NCBI GenBank assembly: GCA_947495975.1 | Contig: CANMBE010000009.1 | Location: forward strand, 14,560-78,559 | Length of the DNA: 64,000 nt | Reading direction: 5' to 3' | From: Ignavibacteria bacterium | GTDB lineage: Bacteria; Bacteroidota; Ignavibacteria; Kapaibacteriales; Kapaibacteriaceae | The notes under the pieces: model-generated | Told to the model about the DNA's origin: nothing | Databases searched by the model: none | The model's input: the letters and a program-made list of their open reading frames with translations, nothing else | In this document: positions 37,847-45,944 of the stretch, piece after piece | Numbering within the stretch: position 1 is the first letter of the stretch | Layout of the letters: each line of letters begins with the position of its first letter | Translations under genes and position numbers: made by a program

Positions 37847-40800
37847 TTAGCGGACGAACACAACTTGTTGCGTGGCTGAATGAACACCGTCTGTTACACG
37901 AATTGTGTACAAGCCGCTGGACATCATAACACCGTTAGTCAAGCCGTTCCATTCGATCGTGTGGCTGCCTGCCGCAAACATGTCGTTTGCAAGAGTTGCT
38001 ACACGTGTTCCGATCGCATTATAGATCTCAACAGTAACATTCGTTGCCGAAGGCACATTAAATGTGATTGCCGTTGAAGTAGAGAATGGATTTGGAGCTG
38101 TGTTTGTGATTGCAAGGTCATTCATACTTCCAGCATCTTCATCACCCACGTCCGACGTGAAGTCGTAGACGATAATGAAGCCACGGATAGCATCACGACT
38201 GATGATGAGCGTGTCACATGAGCTGCCTGTTGTTCCACTTGTTCGGTGTTGAATGTCGGAGGCCGAACGACCTTCGCCAGTCTTCATGTTGTAAGAGAAC
38301 AAAGCGCCATTAGACTGATCATCACGAATGTAGTAAGACCCTGGGTTCGTTGCTGATACCGCAGGAATGTTTGTACGACACCATGAGATGAATACCGGAT
38401 AGTTCACTGAGCTCTGTCCATTTTCACCACCAGCTTGGAAACGAGCACGATAGATCGCTTCACCTGGTTGTGTATTCTCAAATGGGTAGATACTGCGTGT
38501 AATACCATTTCTATTCGGTATTGTCCAACGAGCATCAAAGATGTCGATGTATGGTACCGGAGGTAGTTCGTATTCGCAATAGTTAGAGTCAAGCTTACCA
38601 TAGCTACCTAGGTCATAACCAGTTGTAGCAATCTCTACATCTCCAATACCCCACTGAAGTGTCTGGAATGCACCAAGATTGTTTTCAACGCGAACGTCAA
38701 CAACAAAACGTGTTTTCGCAGATACTGCAACTTCATATACAAGTTCGCTCTTCACACCCTGGCGGTCTGTTACGACTACTCGGATCTTAATGCGTCCGTT
38801 TACTACGTTGCCCTGAAGGTCAGGTGTACTAATCACTACCGTCTGCGTGTCAGCAATTGGGCTTGACAAGCGAGCAGGATTGAATGTCCACGAACCTGCA
38901 GGCTCAAGAACCTCGAACGTAAGCTGCTCGTTATCAGCTTCTTTACGACGAAGATCGATGTCAGTAACACGAAGTGTGTCCGTGTATGGTTGCCCTTGCT
39001 CTACACACTTAACGATAGGTGAAGCTAGCAGACGTGGATCGTGATTAACAGCACGAACCGTGAGGTTGTACGTACGCACGTCAACAAGTTGACCAGCATC
39101 CGTTACAACAACCGTTACGAGAACTGTTGTATCAGCATATGGAAGATCAGTTACGCGTGGTGTGCCATAAAGCAGGCCACTCGTTGGGTTAATCTTGAGC
39201 CACCTTGGCGTTGTCTTACGTGTAGCATCAAGCGTAATGTTACCAGCTTCTGGGAAGTAAGGATCGATTGCGATTGAGTCACGCGTCTCATCAATATAGA
39301 TGAGTTCAAAAGACTGTGCTTGTCCAAAGTTTGGATCGTAGACCTTGATACGACGATTCGAATCAAGAAGGTCAACATTGTAATCAATATCCTCGATAGC
39401 TTCTTCTAGAGTCGCATCGAGAAGTTGTGGTTGAACGTTAACAAAGAGACGACGTGTAAGTGTGTTAAGTCCACCGTGACCGTCATTAACGACCACTGTC
39501 ATAACCGTGTCAGTATTCAAGTCACCATTGACTGGATTACCTGGATTGAAATCATTGACTGGCTTCAGAATTTCGCGTGCTTCAGTTCCCGGAATGCGAA
39601 CCTCAATGCGACCGCGTGTTGTGAAGTCTTCGGCGAACTGATCACGCGCTCCAGCATTCAAATAACGTCGCATGTAGCGTGTTGAAAGCCAAATAGGACG
39701 CGCTTGTAGAACTTCATCAATGACTACATCTGATGGATTCTCGCGTACCGTTGTTGATAGGAAGCCATATGCGGTCTTTCCATAACGGAAGTCCCACACA
39801 CCGAACTGCTGAACAACTGCACGGTTGGTATCAACTGCAGCCATATCCTCAAACTCATCATCTGTGTTTACGTCAAGACGGAAACGAAGTGAGTCCGTAA
39901 GGTTGGCAACAAAATGGACGTTTAGATCATCTGGTTGCTCATTAGCAGGCACATTGTATACTTCGTCAAGGATCGCATTTGGCTGCACAAGACGGCGACC
40001 AACACGAGACGTAGTGCTCATCATGCGAAGCGTATCGAGATACGTTCCAGTTGCTTTATCGTATGATCCGGCATCAGTTGTTGTTGGGTCAAGAACGATT
40101 GTGGTATCACCCTTCAACATTCCTTGATACGTAACATTTTGAGCCGCGTTAGCACGGTAATTCCAAAGGAAGCGTGGCAACGAGTCTACAACTTGGATAC
40201 GGAAACGATACGAGCTTGAGTCCAACCAGCCAAAGTTTACAGTGTCCTGTTGTAGGAAACGTGCATTGGTGTTATCTGGATTCCGAGCTGCAAGTGGAAT
40301 TGAGTTGTTGTCATACTCTTCAGCGTGGAAATACGATGGGTAGGTATACAACCAACGTGAGATAACGTCCTCGCCAAAACCAGACTTGCGGAGAGAATCT
40401 ACAAGCTCAGGTGATGGAGGGAAGTTCTTCGTTACAACTTCAACTTCTTCGCCACCTGGGACGATGTATGGATTAATTGGACGACCACGTAGCATGCGAT
40501 AGCCACTTGCACCCCAACGTGGGTTGTTTGTGCTTGCTGTTGTGATAAGTGTGTCGCGCAACCAATAGCGTAGTGCAGAATTACCAGTAGTGATATTCCA
40601 GAAATATGACAGCCGCGCATTAACCGTAGAGTCAATTATAACGCGTGGATCATAGAACTTGTTAACGTCAACTGCTGTGATCGTAAAGATTGAATCACGC
40701 TCATATACATCACGACCAGGAATCGGAACACCGCTAGCGTCTGATGGGTAGCTTATTGGCTCGTTGAACCAACTACCTTTACCACCACCGCGAGGCGATT

Positions 40801-43800
40801 GCGCCGCAGTAATTGGTGTGTAAAGACGATTCTCCGTAACAAACACGCGATTGCGCATTTCTGGATGAATAAGTGGTGATTTTCCAAGTGTGTCAGCTGA
40901 ACCAGTGAACTGAGGAGGAACAGTGTTGTTGCCTACAGTGAAGGTCAGACCTCCACTAATAGCACTAACAACGCCATCTTTCCAAAGAATTGTACGAGAT
41001 ACAACGGTTACTTGGTCACCCTCAATTACCGGAAGAGCGCGATGACGCTCTCCTCCAAAGTATGTCTCCAGACCACCATCACCATCTACGGCGTTAGAAG
41101 TAGGAAGTGTTGGGCTATTTCCAAGACGGAAGTTCGGTCCACCGAGTTCACCTAGGATGGTTGAACCTTCCCACTTACGACCTTGCATAGCTGAAGAATC
41201 TTCAGCAGTTGCATTGTCAGCTAGGAAAGATAGAAGCGTCGCTCCCGTACCATACGTTGCAAGACCTTCGTACGCACGACGCATGTTAGGATCTCCACCG
41301 TTGGAAGAATCTGGCACGAGCTCTATGCGTGAACGGAAGTTCGTATCTGTAAGGCCTGTTTGTGTGAGGTTTGTACGGATATAATCACCCGTACGCTCGT
41401 TGATCACAAAGAAGACTGTCTCGTTAATTGCACGCGGGTCATTGTTGTTTACTTCGGCAGTGCCACTGTAATCGGCACGAGCCTCGAGGAACAACGGATA
41501 TCCGATTGGATGATCACCGATAAACTCTGTTTGGACAGCAGCTATATCTGCGAACTTCTCAGCATCGAATGGGTTGCGTGTTGTACGCTTTACGTACTTG
41601 TTGTAGGACGGCATGAGCGCGTCTGTGTAAACCATAAGGTTCGGCGGAACACCAACTGCAAAGTCTTCGATTTGCGCCATACGACGCATCGAATAGTCCG
41701 CTGTTTTGATGTCTGTTCCCTTATCAAAGATGTCATAAATACGACCTTGAAGAAGGAGCGTATCAGGAATCGTCCAGATAGGAATTGGCTTATAGTTATA
41801 GCGCCACGTTGACTCAAATGGACCTTGCTCAGTTGCGTTGTTCGTTGCCTGACGTAGGAAGCGCATGTGCGTCTTACCATTACCTGCAATGAAGAATGTT
41901 TCCTGAGTGCGTCCAAATGATGATGCGTTACCAGATGTAGGAAGAATCGTGTTTACGCTTGCTTCCGTACGTCCCCAGTAGTTACCACGAAGTGTGTCTA
42001 CTCCACCAAAACCAGTACCTGTTGTACCAGCAAGTACACCCTTGGTGTCTTGTGCATCAGGGAGGCGAATGATAAAGCGAGCATCGTTACCATAGATAGA
42101 ATTTGCAGCAAAACTGTAGGTAGTCCACGGAAGTGGTCCACTTACTTCACCGTACAAAATTGCACCAGCTAGATCACTCGAAGCAGGGTTCTCGGCATCA
42201 AGAAGCGGACCCTGAATCGAATCGTTTGCACGACCACGATCAGAAATCGCCTTGTTACCAGTGATAAGACAGCGTGCGAATGCAAGCTTAAGATCATAGT
42301 TGTCAGAATAAACAGCGGCACCTGTATAGGCAGTGTTGTTCTGCATACGTACACGATCAAAAGACACAGTGTCAACACGGACGCGGATACTATCGAGGAT
42401 ATACAATGCACCACCAAGACCAGTTCCGTTTTCACGGATTGTTGTACCAGGGTGAGTTACACGAATATTTCCTTGTTGTGTTGCTCCGCTACCTTGACGG
42501 TCTACGTTCTCAACGGCTACGTTGTCATAGAAACGCGTAAGCATGCGTTCGTCTGCACGTGGGCTTGTTGTTTGGAAGGTAAACACATCATTGCGAGTTG
42601 TGTTCGAAATCGCAACGCCCGTAGCATTATAGGTGATATCATCGAGGTCGGTTACAAAGAAGCGCTTGCGTGTTAACGTATCTGGAGTTACGACGGCTAT
42701 AGCACCACCGTTACCATACCAAGCCTTGTTAGCACGGAACTCAACACCCTTAACTACGTTAAGGTCGGCGTTGATTACATAGAGAGCTCCACCACCACGA
42801 ACATGCTGCTTAATTGAATCAGCAACTTCTCCAACACGGTTGTTGATGAAGTTTCCACGCACGTAACGTAGGTTACGACGCCAAATTGGCAAGTTCAATT
42901 GGCGGCTAACATCAATGTTAACAGCAATAGCACCACCAGAGAAGTTAGCAGTGTTGTTCTGGAATTCTACGCCGTAGTTCGTGCCGTAGATCCACAGTGG
43001 ACCGCTTACTCCACCAGCTCCGTACATAATCATGTTACGTTCAGTGAAGACAGCTCCACCGTCAACGCTTGCACGATTATCACGGAATTTGATGCCAAAA
43101 CCATAATTGCGAGCTGTGATGATTCCGTCCGAACCACCAATGTATGGCGACGCGAGCGTATCATTTACACCTGCAGCCACATAAACAGCTCCGCCACGTG
43201 CGGACGTGTTGGAGAGGAAATGTGTAGGCGGGTTATTATCCAGGTTACCACGGATCTGAATTTGCAATGCTTTTGAGCTGGCGTAGATACCGCCACCTTG
43301 CGAGAAATTGCCAATTGTATTGACCGGATCCGAAGTGACATCCGTGATAAACGGAGTTGTAGTTTTATTGGAAGTATAACGACCGGCGAAGATCACACTT
43401 GTTTGATCAGCTACGTGAACAGCTCCACCACGTGCACCAAGGGTGCGCACGGTGCTATAAACTGCAATGCTGTCTACTATCGTGCTATCTACTCTCTTTG
43501 ATGGCTGACGGTTCTCAGCATAGTTGCTACTGAACTCGATTGTGTCCTTGCCTTGGAAATCGTTAATACCAAAACCAACGATCATTGGCATACGACCGGA
43601 GATGTATACAGCTCCACCGGAAGATTCGTTCTTTTGTGAACGACCCGTGCTGGTGAAAATTTTAGCCGGACGCTGAGCGTCTGTTACTACTCGGATATTG
43701 CCAATGCGGACAGTATCCACATCAGATAGCAACGTGCGATTCGATGTAAAGCGAATCTGACGAATGCGGCCGAGGTACAAGGCTAGACGTGCATCATCGA

Positions 43801-44923
43801 TCGACTGGCGATCAGAATCTGTAAATGTCTCAGCCGCTACATCATATATAAGGTCCGTAATACGAAGACCCTGATTGAGCGGCTGTGCCGTCAATTGGCT
43901 TGTAAGGAACGGATTAACAGTTGGCGAATATTGCGGAAGCGCGTTTATCGTTGTCTGCGAGATTATTGGCCAAAGTTGCAGGGATGAGCCAGCAAATTGA
44001 TCAACAGGTGCTTGCAGAATCTGAAGCGCTCCACCGCGGTAGCGTGCCATGTTGTTGCGGAACGTACAACCAACAATCCATGTGCGAGACGAGAACGTCG
44101 TTATCGCACCACCACCACCGTTAGAGCAGCGGAGGAGAGCATCGTTTGCCGTTTGGGCTTGTGCACCAGAGAATCCTGTACCTGCATTGTTGACGAGATA
44201 CACCGGTTTGTTATCAACCGTTGTGTCCTTGCGGAAGTTCAGGAAGTCTACATCGCGGAAGAACGCTGCGCGCGAACCAGGAAGCACAACAATGTGTCCC
44301 CATTCACGCGAGAAGTTGTTTACGTCGCCTGCAACGAATAAAATTCGGGCTGGACGCACGTGGATCGCCTGAGTCGTTGGTCGGAACCAAGGACTGAGGC
44401 GGATCGCAGATATGACTGTACCAAGTTCTATACGGGCAGCCTTGTACATTATAGCCTTGGCTGGCGTTAGACCTTGAAGGTTCGGATTCGAACCTAAGTC
44501 CACGTTGAAGATCGTAGGATACTTCGACGGGTGAATGGTCGGCTCCGTAGCAATCGTGGAAGACACGACGCCTGGTGCTCCAAAGTACGTTGGGTCATCA
44601 TAACCCGTGTACGGAGGAAACAACGGATTCGCTGCATTTGGATTATACGTCGCAGACGCACGTCCATCAGCAATGATACGGCCACCAGTTGAGTCTACTA
44701 ACCGACCATTCGGTAGAAACTCAACTCGGGTACCGGGTTCGATCAGAAGCGTTCCACCTACGGTGTACGATCCACTGATGCGATAAATGGTGTCACGTAC
44801 GAATACGCGAACCGACCCCGGAGGAATACTACCACGAACCTCCACATAACTCTGTGATAGAGCTACATTAAATGCTGTGGTTAGCACAAACAGCAAGCTG
44901 CTTAGACGAAACCAACGTTGCAT
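37847..44923 (-). CDS. Giant T9SS-secreted adhesin-like protein (about 2358 aa): Pmp-like beta-helix, cadherin/He_PIG Ig domains, ELPP domain, CTD
   Basis: Start moved to MQRWF (GGAGG-TTGT-ATG); VALS|Q; 10 GGA[ILV] and 9 FxxN motifs; NYWG helix end; WLKINPTSGLLYGTP, VNDGHGG, VNHDP cadherin-like; TAPNPFS...YNAIG...GLYTIRV CTD. Confidence 0.85.
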   Translation of the reverse strand: MQRWFRLSSLLFVLTTAFNVALSQSYVEVRGSIPPGSVRVFVRDTIYRISGSYTVGGTLLIEPGTRVEFLPNGRLVDSTGGRIIADGRASATYNPNAANPLFPPYTGYDDPTYFGAPGVVSSTIATEPTIHPSKYPTIFNVDLGSNPNLQGLTPAKAIMYKAARIELGTVISAIRLSPWFRPTTQAIHVRPARILFVAGDVNNFSREWGHIVVLPGSRAAFFRDVDFLNFRKDTTVDNKPVYLVNNAGTGFSGAQAQTANDALLRCSNGGGGAITTFSSRTWIVGCTFRNNMARYRGGALQILQAPVDQFAGSSLQLWPIISQTTINALPQYSPTVNPFLTSQLTAQPLNQGLRITDLIYDVAAETFTDSDRQSIDDARLALYLGRIRQIRFTSNRTLLSDVDTVRIGNIRVVTDAQRPAKIFTSTGRSQKNESSGGAVYISGRMPMIVGFGINDFQGKDTIEFSSNYAENRQPSKRVDSTIVDSIAVYSTVRTLGARGGAVHVADQTSVIFAGRYTSNKTTTPFITDVTSDPVNTIGNFSQGGGIYASSKALQIQIRGNLDNNPPTHFLSNTSARGGAVYVAAGVNDTLASPYIGGSDGIITARNYGFGIKFRDNRASVDGGAVFTERNMIMYGAGGVSGPLWIYGTNYGVEFQNNTANFSGGAIAVNIDVSRQLNLPIWRRNLRYVRGNFINNRVGEVADSIKQHVRGGGALYVINADLNVVKGVEFRANKAWYGNGGAIAVVTPDTLTRKRFFVTDLDDITYNATGVAISNTTRNDVFTFQTTSPRADERMLTRFYDNVAVENVDRQGSGATQQGNIRVTHPGTTIRENGTGLGGALYILDSIRVRVDTVSFDRVRMQNNTAYTGAAVYSDNYDLKLAFARCLITGNKAISDRGRANDSIQGPLLDAENPASSDLAGAILYGEVSGPLPWTTYSFAANSIYGNDARFIIRLPDAQDTKGVLAGTTGTGFGGVDTLRGNYWGRTEASVNTILPTSGNASSFGRTQETFFIAGNGKTHMRFLRQATNNATEQGPFESTWRYNYKPIPIWTIPDTLLLQGRIYDIFDKGTDIKTADYSMRRMAQIEDFAVGVPPNLMVYTDALMPSYNKYVKRTTRNPFDAEKFADIAAVQTEFIGDHPIGYPLFLEARADYSGTAEVNNNDPRAINETVFFVINERTGDYIRTNLTQTGLTDTNFRSRIELVPDSSNGGDPNMRRAYEGLATYGTGATLLSFLADNATAEDSSAMQGRKWEGSTILGELGGPNFRLGNSPTLPTSNAVDGDGGLETYFGGERHRALPVIEGDQVTVVSRTILWKDGVVSAISGGLTFTVGNNTVPPQFTGSADTLGKSPLIHPEMRNRVFVTENRLYTPITAAQSPRGGGKGSWFNEPISYPSDASGVPIPGRDVYERDSIFTITAVDVNKFYDPRVIIDSTVNARLSYFWNITTGNSALRYWLRDTLITTASTNNPRWGASGYRMLRGRPINPYIVPGGEEVEVVTKNFPPSPELVDSLRKSGFGEDVISRWLYTYPSYFHAEEYDNNSIPLAARNPDNTNARFLQQDTVNFGWLDSSSYRFRIQVVDSLPRFLWNYRANAAQNVTYQGMLKGDTTIVLDPTTTDAGSYDKATGTYLDTLRMMSTTSRVGRRLVQPNAILDEVYNVPANEQPDDLNVHFVANLTDSLRFRLDVNTDDEFEDMAAVDTNRAVVQQFGVWDFRYGKTAYGFLSTTVRENPSDVVIDEVLQARPIWLSTRYMRRYLNAGARDQFAEDFTTRGRIEVRIPGTEAREILKPVNDFNPGNPVNGDLNTDTVMTVVVNDGHGGLNTLTRRLFVNVQPQLLDATLEEAIEDIDYNVDLLDSNRRIKVYDPNFGQAQSFELIYIDETRDSIAIDPYFPEAGNITLDATRKTTPRWLKINPTSGLLYGTPRVTDLPYADTTVLVTVVVTDAGQLVDVRTYNLTVRAVNHDPRLLASPIVKCVEQGQPYTDTLRVTDIDLRRKEADNEQLTFEVLEPAGSWTFNPARLSSPIADTQTVVISTPDLQGNVVNGRIKIRVVVTDRQGVKSELVYEVAVSAKTRFVVDVRVENNLGAFQTLQWGIGDVEIATTGYDLGSYGKLDSNYCEYELPPVPYIDIFDARWTIPNRNGITRSIYPFENTQPGEAIYRARFQAGGENGQSSVNYPVFISWCRTNIPAVSATNPGSYYIRDDQSNGALFSYNMKTGEGRSASDIQHRTSGTTGSSCDTLIISRDAIRGFIIVYDFTSDVGDEDAGSMNDLAITNTAPNPFSTSTAITFNVPSATNVTVEIYNAIGTRVATLANDMFAAGSHTIEWNGLTNGVMMSSGLYTIRVTDGVHSATQQVVFVR

Positions 44924-45012
44924 ACAACCTCCAGTCGTAAAATTCTTATGCTTTAATTCTTTCACTTTTTTCAGCTTCATATAGGGGAAAAGGCGGTACA
45001 TGCCGGAGTATG

Positions 45013-45693
45013 CTAATCAATTGCCATGCCAAGCCTTGCCAAACCCCCGCGAGCGGAGCCGGCAACCTCTGACATTTCAAACTTTTTTACAACCAACGTG
45101 TACAATTGAATAGCCTTTTCCTTGTTTCCAGACTTCTCAAAACAAAGTGCAGCGTGATAGTAACAGCGATCCTCTAGGCCACTCTTAGCGCCCTGGGCTC
45201 CAGCTTGTTCATATAATGATGCAGCGCTCGAAAAATCGTTTGAGGCCTCCTTGCATGACGCTAGTCCCTGCAATGCTCCGATTTCAACAATCTGGGCATC
45301 CGAAGCCTGCGCGCGCTCAAATTGCACAACAGCTTCGGTAGGACGACCAAGATTCAAAAGTGCAGTGCCAGCCATTAAGGCTGCAACTGACCCCGCATCT
45401 GTTCCGGCGTATTGCTCACTGATCTCCAGAAGCCCCATTACTTTGTCTGCTCCAACAGCAGGGATTGAATCGCCCGAGAGAGCTTTTGAAAATTCTCCCA
45501 TGTCAAACGTCATCCGTACTCGCGATAGCTGAGTGGATGCCTCAATATTTTGTTCGATCGCATTAGAAGCGTACCACCAATAACCGCCAATGGCAAACGC
45601 AATTACAACAACTACGCCCACAACGGCCTTCCATTGTGTTCGTATGCTGTCCGCAGCTGTCTGCAGTGCTGATTCCGATTGTTCTGTGCTCAT
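45013..45693 (-). CDS. Membrane-anchored TPR protein (YfgM-like)
   Basis: Single N-terminal TM (VVGVVVVIAFAIGGYWWY) followed by several TPR-like helix pairs. Confidence 0.75.
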   Translation of the reverse strand: MSTEQSESALQTAADSIRTQWKAVVGVVVVIAFAIGGYWWYASNAIEQNIEASTQLSRVRMTFDMGEFSKALSGDSIPAVGADKVMGLLEISEQYAGTDAGSVAALMAGTALLNLGRPTEAVVQFERAQASDAQIVEIGALQGLASCKEASNDFSSAASLYEQAGAQGAKSGLEDRCYYHAALCFEKSGNKEKAIQLYTLVVKKFEMSEVAGSARGGLARLGMAID

Positions 45694-45816
45694 GCACTCC
45701 TCTAAAGCTCACGGGATGTGCGTCTCCTACATGAAGACGCACGTTCATTATCTATTCCACTTCACGTATAGTTCGTTGGTATGCGCTAGGCGCACCACTC
45801 CCTTGAAGCAAGAAGG

Positions 45817-45847
45817 CAAATATATGACTGATTTGTATACCCACAAA
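45817..45847 (-). promoter_or_regulatory. Full Bacteroidota housekeeping promoter TTTG-N19-TATATTTG
   Basis: TTTG at 45847-45844 and TATATTTG at 45824-45817, 19-nt spacer; about 120 nt upstream of the TPR gene. Confidence 0.75.
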
Positions 45848-45874
45848 GGAGAATGTGATGGGTGCCAATTGTCC

Positions 45875-45899
45875 TAAGCCATTTTTGCAAAACGGCTTA
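45875..45899 (-). terminator. Stem-loop downstream of the E1 gene (possible terminator or operator)
   Basis: Minus strand TAAGCCGTTTT-GCA-AAAATGGCTTA (11 bp with one G.U); no clear U tail. Confidence 0.4.
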
Positions 45900-45944
45900 C
45901 GGCATAATAGCGGTTTACAGTGTCAGGACTTGTTCACACAGGCC

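Noticed and set aside
30551-44923. Calling the cluster a cellulosome
   Set aside because: No catalytic CAZyme or CBM3 motif is recognisable, there is only one dockerin-like domain, and no tandem cohesin scaffoldin is present.
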